Shown here piece after piece: positions 49,704 to 57,864 of a stretch of DNA of 61,236 bases; the first letter of the stretch is position 1, and each line of letters starts with the position of its first letter. Source of the stretch: an uncultured Verrucomicrobiota bacterium (GTDB lineage: Bacteria > Verrucomicrobiota > Verrucomicrobiia > Limisphaerales > UBA8199). The translations under genes and the position numbers were made by a program. Where the stretch lies: contig CAIQQM010000191.1 of NCBI GenBank assembly GCA_903873945.1, positions 1-61,236 on the forward strand, in the 5' to 3' direction. The notes beneath the pieces are model-generated. The model saw only the letters and a list, made by a program, of their open reading frames with translations, ran no database searches and was not told the origin of the DNA.

Positions 49704-51134
49704 TCAGAGGCCTCGGAGTTTCCGTTCATAGATTTGCTGGGGTCGGCTGGCGACCAGGTATCGCAGCGCATCCGCCGCGTCATCGCCGCCGATGCCGTCG
49801 TCGTCGGGATCGACTTTGAGCACGTCCTCGGGACGGGCGGGGTCATGCTGGAGGGAAGGCAAGCAATCAATGAGACGGGCGCAGCGGCGATGGAAAAATA
49901 TCCGCGGCGCGACGGAAGCGGCCGGGTCGCCGAGGCGTTTGAGGACTGCAGCCCAGCCATTGACGCGGTCCATGCAGGCCGGGCGCAGGGAAATGCCGAG
50001 GTCAGAGTAGTGTTTGGCGATGGAGGCGCCGTCGCTTTGGCGCGCGAAGACATCGGTACCGGCGACGAAACGCCTGAGCACAGCCGAGTAGCGCCCCTGA
50101 AGGGTGACGTGATGACGCTGGAGCATGGCCTTGATGGCTTTGGCGTGACGTTCCGGCACCCAGTTTCGCTGAGCATGCTCATCCACCACAAAGAGGTTGC
50201 CGTCGCTGTCGAAACAGCCGAGCAGGGCGACGGTGTAATGGTGGAAGCCATAATCGAGGGCGGCGAACCATTCGACGCCGCGCGCGTCCGAGAAGTCGTC
50301 AATGACATGCGCCTCGCGCCGGAAGTTGGTAAAGAACTGGCCGGCGGCGATGTCCCAGTCGCCATCGCGCCAGGCGCGCTTTTGCCAGCCGGTGAGGCCG
50401 TCGAGGATGTCGCGGTATTCGGCATTGGTGAAGCAATTGTCGTTGAGGGTGGCGGGGATGAAGCGGGTAGTGGATTCGGCGCGTTGCTGGAAGGGAACGA
50501 TGTATTTAGTGCGGTACCAGGCGTGGCCGACACCGCCGGGGTTGGTCGTGGAGTAAACGCGGGGTCGCCAGGGCCGGCCGTCGCGCGCGACCTTGGAAGT
50601 GCGGCAGCAAGTGACGATGTCGTGGTACTTGCGGGAGGTCAGAGTGGTGGCTTCTTCAATGCCAATGACGTCGTATTCGAGGCCGAGATAGGCATCAATA
50701 TCTTTCTCACATTGGAAGTGGCCGGTGAAGATGCGGGAACCATTGGGAAAAGTGAGGAGGCCGCGTGACGGGGTAAAGCAATGAGACAGCCGGGGGAACA
50801 AGCGGCGGCGGAGGTCTTCGAAGCTTTCGAGATTGGACTTGCCGACCTTGCGGAGCAGAAGGCATTTGATGTCCGGGAACCGCTGGCAATCATCGATGCC
50901 CATCTGAGCGAGGAGCCAAAAGGATTTGCCACCGCCGCGGGCACCGCCGAAGCCGACAGCGACGGGACCGTCGGTTTGATCGCAGAGACGGGCGGCGGCG
51001 CTGGCGGCCAGTTGTTTCGGTTGGAGGAGGACGCCAGCGCGGATGAAGTTGAGCATTTGGTCCCGAGGGCAGCCGGCGGAACAGGCGGCGGCGGCGAAGT
51101 GGTCGGGCCCGGATGAGGGATAGAGGCTGGGCAT
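49704..51134 (-). CDS. Phage terminase large subunit
   Basis: Walker A GGARGGGKS, Walker B IGIEE, STTNPGG motif, nuclease ALDYG and DDAADALRY; reading frame intact. Confidence 0.9.
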   Translation of the reverse strand: MPSLYPSSGPDHFAAAACSAGCPRDQMLNFIRAGVLLQPKQLAASAAARLCDQTDGPVAVGFGGARGGGKSFWLLAQMGIDDCQRFPDIKCLLLRKVGKSNLESFEDLRRRLFPRLSHCFTPSRGLLTFPNGSRIFTGHFQCEKDIDAYLGLEYDVIGIEEATTLTSRKYHDIVTCCRTSKVARDGRPWRPRVYSTTNPGGVGHAWYRTKYIVPFQQRAESTTRFIPATLNDNCFTNAEYRDILDGLTGWQKRAWRDGDWDIAAGQFFTNFRREAHVIDDFSDARGVEWFAALDYGFHHYTVALLGCFDSDGNLFVVDEHAQRNWVPERHAKAIKAMLQRHHVTLQGRYSAVLRRFVAGTDVFARQSDGASIAKHYSDLGISLRPACMDRVNGWAAVLKRLGDPAASVAPRIFFHRRCARLIDCLPSLQHDPARPEDVLKVDPDDDGIGGDDAADALRYLVASRPQQIYERKLRGL

Positions 51135-51141
51135 GGCGAGT

Positions 51142-51822
51142 TCAGGGGTGAGATTGAAGAGGGGCCGTGTTTGGAGCAGACGCAGCCAGAGCAACGGGCG
51201 GCTGGGCGTAGGCTTTGTTGAGAGCGGCGGCGAGTTCCATCTGGAGCGGTGCCAGGACAGGCTCCTGCGGACCGGTATCGCCGCTCAGGGCCTGGCGGGC
51301 GATCCGGGAGGAGATTTGCAACGCACGAGCAACCTGAGCCAGCGTCATTTTTTCCACATCCCGGTCGCCGAAACTTTCGAGAAAGCATTGCACGGTGGCG
51401 TGGAGTTTTTGGGCCACAGCCCATTCCTGCTCGCGATATTCGGCGGTGCGTCGAGCCCAATCCGCGGACTGTTTCGCGCGCAAGGCGGCCTCGGTTTCGG
51501 CTTGTTGCTGGAGGAGGCCGGAGTTAAAGGACTGAATTCGGTCGCGCCAATGGAACCGGCTGGACCACTTCTTGAGGGTATCGGGCTTCTCGGCGAGCTG
51601 GTCGGCAACGGCCTGAAGGGAGCGGGCGTGGCCGAGGCCAAAGAAAGCCATGAAGGCGCTGAAGGCGCGCGGAGTTTCACCGGGGAACAAGGGAAACACC
51701 GGTTGAGGGTCCGCCGGAAACGGGGCAGGCTCCGAGGAGATATCGGCGATCAGCGAGGGAGCGGGTTTGGTTTCGACCGCATGCGGGTCCGTGTTTTTTG
51801 GGGTTATGGCAAGCTGTATCAT
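51142..51822 (-). CDS. Putative terminase small subunit (HTH)
   Basis: PGETPRAFSAF...RSLQAVA...TLKKWSSRFHWRDR HTH-like N-terminus plus coiled-coil; stop 7 bp before the TerL start. Confidence 0.6.
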   Translation of the reverse strand: MIQLAITPKNTDPHAVETKPAPSLIADISSEPAPFPADPQPVFPLFPGETPRAFSAFMAFFGLGHARSLQAVADQLAEKPDTLKKWSSRFHWRDRIQSFNSGLLQQQAETEAALRAKQSADWARRTAEYREQEWAVAQKLHATVQCFLESFGDRDVEKMTLAQVARALQISSRIARQALSGDTGPQEPVLAPLQMELAAALNKAYAQPPVALAASAPNTAPLQSHP

Positions 51823-51837
51823 ATAATATTGATACAG
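51814..51837. promoter_or_regulatory. Operator-like palindrome over the small-terminase start codon
   Basis: CTGTATCA-N8-TGATACAG perfect 8-bp arms in the AT-rich divergent region. Confidence 0.6.
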
Positions 51838-51881
51838 TAAACTATTTTAGTTGCGCAAGCAAGGGGATGAATGTAATTTAC

Positions 51882-51894
51882 TTGTATGATACAA
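51882..51894. promoter_or_regulatory. Second operator-like palindrome
   Basis: TTGTAT-G-ATACAA; contains the same TGATACA half-site. Confidence 0.5.
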
Positions 51895-51971
51895 CTCGGA
51901 GGCGGTGACGGGGAGCAGGGGGCAAGCAACCCGTGAGCAGTAAACAATGAACAGTTAACAGTGACCAAGCT

Positions 51972-52649
51972 ATGAAAACGAAAGCGAACCAAGCGATCCG
52001 GGAACTCCGGAAAACCATCGGGCAAACGCAGGGCGAATTTGCGGCCATGATTGGCGCCTCGAAGGATGCCGTCGCGAGCTGGGAAACCGGGCGGAACAAG
52101 TTGTCGGACCAATTTGCGCGGCGCATGGCGTTCGCCACGGGGGTGGACGAGGATGAGCTGCTGCGCGGGCGGGGCCCGCTGACCTGCTACGTGCCATACA
52201 CCGGCCACGAGCCTTTCACCGCGGCGGCGTTCGAGCGCTACCGGGGCACCTACTGGGGGCGTTCCGATGATAAATCGGCACAGCGGCACTACAAGAATTG
52301 CGCAGACGCGCTGTGGCTTCTGTTCATGGCGGCGGCGCGTCCGGGCGGCGGCAAAATCCGGCATCGGCTGCCCGGGGTGCTCGACTCGTTCATCCAATGG
52401 TGCCAGCGGACGCGGGAGGATTTTCTACTGGAGCCACAGATCGAGGATCAGCTTCGGCAACGGAAATCCAAGCTGGTGTTGAGCCGCAGCTACGGGCAAT
52501 GGCGGGCGATGCAGAAGGAGGATCCGAAGGTGATCCGGCTGATGGGTTTCAAGGACGATCCGCGGAAAGACGACGAGGAGGAGCTGTGTCTGGAAGCAGA
52601 CACCATCCCCATATGGAGGCCGGGATATCCGATGCGTGGGCCGAAGTGA
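51972..52649 (+). CDS. XRE/Cro-CI-type HTH transcriptional regulator
   Basis: IRELRKTIGQTQGEFAAMIGASKDAVASWETGR; divergent from the terminase genes. Confidence 0.88.
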   Translation: MKTKANQAIRELRKTIGQTQGEFAAMIGASKDAVASWETGRNKLSDQFARRMAFATGVDEDELLRGRGPLTCYVPYTGHEPFTAAAFERYRGTYWGRSDDKSAQRHYKNCADALWLLFMAAARPGGGKIRHRLPGVLDSFIQWCQRTREDFLLEPQIEDQLRQRKSKLVLSRSYGQWRAMQKEDPKVIRLMGFKDDPRKDDEEELCLEADTIPIWRPGYPMRGPK

Positions 52650-52710
52650 AGCGTGGCGGGCGGGCGGCAATCAGTGAACAGTGACCGATGACCGGGCAAT
52701 GAAACCGAAA

Positions 52711-52880
52711 GCCACGGATTAAACACGGATTTTTAGCCACAGATTTCACAGAGTCGAAGTTCGACTTCCCATCACAGACGGGGAAAAGGAACTTGGGATT
52801 CAACATGGATTGAAGTCCGGTTTCTGGCCGGGCGGCAGGGATGCCGCCGGCTACGGCAGGCCGGAAGCCCGCCGCTACTC
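52711..52880. repeat. Intergenic patch of short REP-like repeats
   Basis: CCACGGATT/CACGGATT/CCACAGATT/CACAGA units and a GGCGGCA-ggga-TGCCGCC hairpin; GCCACAGATTTCACAGA recurs at 55284-55300. Confidence 0.55.
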
Positions 52881-53043
52881 ATTTGCGTCGACTGACGGGC
52901 GGCTACGAGGGGTTAAGCGGAAGCTCGCGCCGACGTCAGAGGTGATGGGGCGTGGCTGGGGCGGAGGGCTTGAAAAAGGAGTGAGTGTCCGATTCCAATT
53001 TTCGCTCGACAAGTCCACCTGGTTTTGTCATATTCGCTCCGTA

Positions 53044-53460
53044 GTGAAGGCAGGCATCCCCGAATTGGTTCAGCCAGTCAACCAGGCTTCTCTGGAATGG
53101 AGCCTGAGCTTCGAAGCCACTACGGGCATCCTCCACGTCCACACCTCGGGCACTATTACCCGTGACTCCTTGCCCGGCTTGTTCGGTGACACCGTCGAAG
53201 GTTTGCGCCGTTACCATGCCCACCGCCTGCTCGTCGATAACCGGGATGCCAGCCTTGCACTGAGCCAGGAAGACATCCTCAGGGGGGCCCAGATGGCCCG
53301 CTCCGTCACGCCCGACCCCACCACCAAGCTTGCTATTGTGTTCTCCCACCTCGGTCCCATGGAACAGCTCATTCGTCAAAGTCTTTTCCTGTTCAACCTT
53401 CGGGTCGCAATCTTTGACCGCCTGGAGATAGCCATATCCTGGCTGACCGACAAGACCTAG
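53044..53460 (+). CDS. STAS/SpoIIAA-like hypothetical protein (start uncertain)
   Basis: GILHVHTSGTI..RLLVDNR..KLAIVF..IFDRLEIAISWL pattern; the upstream part of the tracked ORF is repeat-derived. Confidence 0.6.
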   Translation: MKAGIPELVQPVNQASLEWSLSFEATTGILHVHTSGTITRDSLPGLFGDTVEGLRRYHAHRLLVDNRDASLALSQEDILRGAQMARSVTPDPTTKLAIVFSHLGPMEQLIRQSLFLFNLRVAIFDRLEIAISWLTDKT

Positions 53461-53563
53461 GCGGCTGGCGGGTGCGCCTGCCGTATGGGTTGGCGGCGGC
53501 GGGGCGTGGTTCGTGGCTTTGTGGATGCGCGGGACGAGGGCGGGGGTTGCGGCTCAGAGGCGG
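53458..53563 (+). repeat. ~100-bp G-rich direct repeat, copy 1
   Basis: 41-bp core 53503-53543 matches 55007-55047 with 2 mismatches; weaker similarity extends back to the preceding stop codon. Confidence 0.85.
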
Positions 53564-53678
53564 CTGTTCAGGTTCAACGAAGGATTGACCCGGGACAGCA
53601 TTTATGATGGTTTCAGTTGTCAGTACGAACGGCGATGGCAACAGTAGTTTTGTCCTTTTAACACAACGGAACAATCAC

Positions 53679-54965
53679 ATGAAAACTCAAGCCCGCGGCT
53701 CAGAAATACGGATGCTGTTGTCAGTGATAATTCTCTTTGCCGGCGCCTTGCTGGCGCAGGCGGCGGACAAGAAAGGCGGGCCGAGCCCGGCTTCATGCGT
53801 GGCTTGCCATGAGAAACAGACGCCGGGGATCGTGACGGACTGGCGGATCAGCCGCCACAGCCAGGTGGACGTGGGCTGTGCGGATTGCCACGGCGACGGG
53901 CATCAGTCCACCAACGATGTTGCCCGGGTGAAAATTCCCACGCCGGACACCTGCGCGGAATGTCACGAGCAACAAGTGACGCAGTTCAAGAACGGCAAGC
54001 ACGCGCTGGCCTGGGCGGCGATGAAGGCGATGCCGACGATTCACTGGCAGCCGATGGCGATGATTGACGGCATGAAAGGGTGCGGCGGCTGCCACAAGAT
54101 CGGCTTGAAGTCGGAGCAGGAGATCAAGGACTTGAAAAAGAGCGGCGGGGGTTTCGGCCTGGCCTCATGCGACGCCTGCCACACGCGGCACACGTTCTCG
54201 GTAAAGGAGGCGCGGCAACCGCAGGCCTGCGAGACCTGCCACATGGGCTTTGACCATCCGCAGTGGGAAATGTATTCCGGCTCGAAACACGGCGTGCGCA
54301 GCAACCTCAAACAGATGGGCCTAATCGCCACGAATGCCGTCGCGCCAACGTGCCAGGCCTGCCACATGAACCAAGGCCATCACGACGTGGACACGCCGTG
54401 GGGATTCCTGGCTGTGCGCCTACCGTTGCCGGAAGACAAGCAATGGGCGGCGGACCGCGTAACGATTTTACAGGCGCTCGGCGTGCTGGATCCGGAGGGC
54501 AAACCCACCGCGCGCCTCGACGTGGTGAAGGCGGCCAGGGTCGCCAAGCTCACCCAGGAGGACTGGCAGAAGGAACGCGACGCGATGCTGTCCACCTGCA
54601 ATGAGTGTCACTCGGGCAATTTCGCCAAGGAGCAACTCGCTCAGGGCGACAACATGATCAAGGAATCCGATCATCTGATGGCGGAGGCGATCCGCGTGGT
54701 GGCGGGACTTTACCAAGACGGTTCGCTGAAGAAACCGGCGAACTACGTCAGCGCGTTTCCGGATTTGCTGACGTTTCACGACGCGCCGACGGTGATCGAA
54801 CAAAAACTGTTCGTCATGTATCTCGAACACCGGATGCGGGCATTCCAAGGCACGTTCCACGCGAATCCCGATTATGCGTTGTGGTACGGCTGGAGTGAGA
54901 TGCAGCGTGACCTGACGGAAATTAAGGCGCTCGCCGCGGAGCTAAAAAACCCAGCAAAGAAATAG
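53679..54965 (+). CDS. Octaheme c-type cytochrome, hydroxylamine oxidoreductase (HAO) family
   Basis: Signal peptide; 8 CxxCH (CVACH, CADCH, CAECH, CGGCH, CDACH, CETCH, CQACH, CNECH); HTRHTFS, HMGFDHPQWEMY..SKHG. Confidence 0.88.
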   Translation: MKTQARGSEIRMLLSVIILFAGALLAQAADKKGGPSPASCVACHEKQTPGIVTDWRISRHSQVDVGCADCHGDGHQSTNDVARVKIPTPDTCAECHEQQVTQFKNGKHALAWAAMKAMPTIHWQPMAMIDGMKGCGGCHKIGLKSEQEIKDLKKSGGGFGLASCDACHTRHTFSVKEARQPQACETCHMGFDHPQWEMYSGSKHGVRSNLKQMGLIATNAVAPTCQACHMNQGHHDVDTPWGFLAVRLPLPEDKQWAADRVTILQALGVLDPEGKPTARLDVVKAARVAKLTQEDWQKERDAMLSTCNECHSGNFAKEQLAQGDNMIKESDHLMAEAIRVVAGLYQDGSLKKPANYVSAFPDLLTFHDAPTVIEQKLFVMYLEHRMRAFQGTFHANPDYALWYGWSEMQRDLTEIKALAAELKNPAKK

Positions 54966-55062
54966 GGCGGCTAACAGGTCCGCCTTCCGTGTGGTTTTGC
55001 GGCGGCGGCGTGGTCCGTGGCTTTGTGGATGCGCGGGACAAGGGCGGCGCTTCAAGAGGCGG
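54963..55062 (+). repeat. ~100-bp G-rich direct repeat, copy 2
   Basis: Begins at the cytochrome stop codon; aligns with 53458-53563. Confidence 0.85.
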
Positions 55063-55470
55063 GTTTCTGATCGTTGTTTCCGGAGTGTGGTTTTTTGGCG
55101 CCTGATTTGGCGCGGTACTTAGGGACTGAGTCGTGGAGGGCAACCGCGGCAAGCTGGGTTGCAGTGGGAGTTTGGGTGTGGAGCTGGATTTGAAGGTCGG
55201 CTTCGCATAAGCATGGAATCTTCCATTTCGGATTGCGGATTGAAGCCAGAAGGTCTGGCCACAGATTGGGAAAAGGAATTTTGGCCACAGATTTCACAGA
55301 TTTCCGGGGCAGGAATTTAACGTAAAGACGGTCCGGGCCGGACCCGCCAAGAGACACGAAGGCTCTGCAAAACCAGAATAAAAGGGGACCCCATTAACGG
55401 TCAATCAATGAACCGGGGCTTGCGGGGGAATGGGTTACAAGCTGGCAAGTTGGCGTTTTCAATTTTTCGC

Positions 55471-55498
55471 TTGTCAATTGTTGCTGATATCCTAGTCT
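55471..55498 (+). promoter_or_regulatory. Possible sigma70 promoter of the GNAT-thiolase operon
   Basis: TTGTCA-N16-TAGTCT; GGAGAGGAG RBS before ATG 55587. Confidence 0.3.
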
Positions 55499-55586
55499 CG
55501 CCGACTCATGAAAAATGAAATGAAGAGAAAATTCGAGCGCAGGGCCGGCGCAGGTTCAAACCAGGCCAACCCGGAGAGGAGAATAT

Positions 55587-56336
55587 ATGTCAATTGATGT
55601 AGAGAAAATTCTAAGGCCGACCGATAACCCCTTCCCCCCATTCCAACCCAAGTACATGATGTTGGCGGGCGGCGAGGAAATGGTCATCCGCCAGGTAAGC
55701 CGGGAGGACATTCCGGACATCCTTAAGCACGTCGAACCTTTGCTGCATGTCGAGCGGGATTACTACGATGTGGTTGCAGCCCGCCTTTACAGCGAACTGC
55801 TGGCTTATTACCGGTATCGCGTCCAGGACGAATACGTGCTGGTGGCGCAGATCAACGGCGAACTGGTGGCGGTCGTCAACGGCCGGTCGCTGAGCAAGGA
55901 TGTCGGCATGTCATACCACACGGTCGCACTGCGGCGCGGGTTGCGCGTCGGGGCGCACGCCTTTGCCTCGAAGATGGAGTACCACTTTGACATCCTCGGC
56001 CAGAAAGAAGTGCTCATTGTGGCCGAATCACCCATTGGATTCCGCCGCTGGATGATTGAGTATGAACTGGAAAAACGGTTTCACATGGCGCACGAGCTGG
56101 GTGGCGTGCCCTCATGGTCCTTGACGAAGGAGCTGTTCAACAAGGCGCGGGCGACCCTCGTGGTCGGCCGCCGGCCGGTGCCGAAACATCTGCTGGAGAA
56201 GGCGAAAGCCGCCATTCTGCCGCCGACCGATCCGCCGAAGGCGCCCGCCGATCTGCTGGCCGCCACACGTTCGATGTATGACTCAACCGGCACTGCGCTC
56301 ATGTCGCAACGCTGGCAACAGGAAGGGAATGCTTAA
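55587..56336 (+). CDS. Hypothetical protein, probable GNAT acyltransferase fold
   Basis: MVIRQVSREDIPDI, VLVAQINGELVAV, RRGLRVGAHAF (motif-A-like); strong RBS. Confidence 0.6.
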   Translation: MSIDVEKILRPTDNPFPPFQPKYMMLAGGEEMVIRQVSREDIPDILKHVEPLLHVERDYYDVVAARLYSELLAYYRYRVQDEYVLVAQINGELVAVVNGRSLSKDVGMSYHTVALRRGLRVGAHAFASKMEYHFDILGQKEVLIVAESPIGFRRWMIEYELEKRFHMAHELGGVPSWSLTKELFNKARATLVVGRRPVPKHLLEKAKAAILPPTDPPKAPADLLAATRSMYDSTGTALMSQRWQQEGNA

Positions 56337-56339
56337 GCT

Positions 56340-57515
56340 ATGCGCGAAGTATATGCTGTTGGTGTTGGAATCACGAGCTTCACCAGGCTCGAATACCCGC
56401 TGAGCGAAATCGCCGCCTACCCGGCGATGATGGCGCTCAAGGATGCCGGACTCTCGAAGGTGGACCACGTTTATGTCGCCAATATGGCTGCGGCAAGACT
56501 CAACCACCAAAGCGGCCTGGCCAGCGCGGTTGTGGACACTCTTAGTTTGACTCCTGCCGGCGCAGAAGTGATCGAGAATGGCCCGGCCTCGGGCGCCTCG
56601 GCGCTCAAACAGGGCTACATGGCTATCGCCTCCGGGCTGCATGACGTCGTCCTCGTAACGGGGGCCGAGCGGCTACGCGAGGTCAACAACCTCGAGGCAA
56701 CGGACGCTGTTGCCACGCTCAGCCATCCGCTGGCCGAGTATATCTATGGCGTGACCCTGCCGTCCCTGGCCGCCATGTTCACCCGCCTTTACATGCAGAA
56801 GTACGGCGTCACCGAGCGGCATCTGGCCATGGTTGCGGTAAAGAACCATGACAATGCGCTGCTCAACTTCTACGCGCACCTGCATGAAAAGGTCACGCTC
56901 GAAGGCATCCTCGATTCACCCGAGGCGATGACAAACAATCCGTATGTCGCCGAGCCATTGCGGTTCTTCGACTGCTGCCCCGTTTCGGACGGGGGCGCTT
57001 GCGTCATCCTGGCCTCCGCCGAGGTCGCCAAGAAACTCAAGAAGCCGCTGGTCCGGCTGGCCGGTGTTGGCCAGGCCACGGATTCACACTGCGTGCACGA
57101 GCGCGCCGAACCGACGGACCTGCTCGCGGTGCGCGGCGCCGCGGCCCAGGCATTCAAGATGGCGGGCGTAACTCCGAGCGACGTGAATGTGGCCGAGCTT
57201 CACGACGCGTTTACAATTCTGGAAATCGCCGAGAGTGAAGAGGTTGGCTTCTTCAAGAAGGGCCAAGGGCACCTTGCGCTTGAGCGCGGCGAGACGCGCA
57301 TCGGCGGCAAGCTACCCATCAACACTTCCGGCGGTCTGAAGGCAAAAGGTCACCCCGTCGGGGCGACCGGTGTCGGGCAGGCCCACGAAATCATCCTGCA
57401 GCTCCGCGGCGAAGCCGAGAAGCGGCAGGTCAAGGATGCCAAAATCGGCTTTACATGCAACTTCGGCGGCTTCGGCAACAACGTTGTCTGCCTGGTCTTT
57501 AAGAGGGAGAACTAA
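56340..57515 (+). CDS. SCP2/archaeal-type thiolase-superfamily protein lacking the nucleophilic Cys
   Basis: ENGPASG in place of E-x-ACASG, VAVKNH, DCCPVSDG, ELHDAF, INTSGGLKAKGHPVGATG. Confidence 0.9.
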   Translation: MREVYAVGVGITSFTRLEYPLSEIAAYPAMMALKDAGLSKVDHVYVANMAAARLNHQSGLASAVVDTLSLTPAGAEVIENGPASGASALKQGYMAIASGLHDVVLVTGAERLREVNNLEATDAVATLSHPLAEYIYGVTLPSLAAMFTRLYMQKYGVTERHLAMVAVKNHDNALLNFYAHLHEKVTLEGILDSPEAMTNNPYVAEPLRFFDCCPVSDGGACVILASAEVAKKLKKPLVRLAGVGQATDSHCVHERAEPTDLLAVRGAAAQAFKMAGVTPSDVNVAELHDAFTILEIAESEEVGFFKKGQGHLALERGETRIGGKLPINTSGGLKAKGHPVGATGVGQAHEIILQLRGEAEKRQVKDAKIGFTCNFGGFGNNVVCLVFKREN

Positions 57516-57516
57516 T

Positions 57517-57864
57517 ATGGCCCTAGAAATCTATGCTTATAAGTGCAGAAAATGCGGACAGCTCCATTACCCGTACCGCATGGTTTGCAAGAAATGCGGC
57601 AAGAACGATGTATTCGAATTCGACACCGTTCCGCTGCCCAAGAACGGTAAACTGCTGACTTTTACGACGGTCCACAACCTGCCACCGGACTTCAACGTAG
57701 CCAAGCTCACGCTCGGCATCGTTGAATTGGAGAACGGGATGCGCGTCACCGGCCAACTGAAGGCCCCGAGCCCGAAGATGGGCATGCGCGTCACCGGGAA
57801 AGTGGAGATCGTGCGGGAAGCGGAGTACAGCAAGAACTTCGGGTTCGTGTTCTATCCGGGATGA
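57517..57864 (+). CDS. DUF35 Zn-ribbon/OB-fold protein
   Basis: CRKCGQLHYPYRMVCKKCG, GKLLTFTTV, GIVELENG, GMRV; starts 1 bp after the thiolase stop. Confidence 0.92.
   Translation: MALEIYAYKCRKCGQLHYPYRMVCKKCGKNDVFEFDTVPLPKNGKLLTFTTVHNLPPDFNVAKLTLGIVELENGMRVTGQLKAPSPKMGMRVTGKVEIVREAEYSKNFGFVFYPG

Noticed and set aside
49698-50768. 356-aa plus-strand ORF
   Set aside because: Antisense shadow of terL; no motifs; expected in GC-rich DNA
51814-51837. LexA/SOS box
   Set aside because: CTGT and ACAG are 16 bp apart, not the 8 bp of the E. coli-type box
49704-52649. Complete prophage
   Set aside because: No integrase, portal, capsid, tail or lysis genes and no att pair found
52810-53043. N-terminal 78 codons of the 216-aa ORF
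   Set aside because: Translates REP-like repeats (GGRDAAGYGRPEARRY); likely not coding
53458-55062. Integron attC interpretation of the post-gene repeats
   Set aside because: No consistent RYYYAAC/GTTRRRY ends, no hairpin symmetry and no intI in the window
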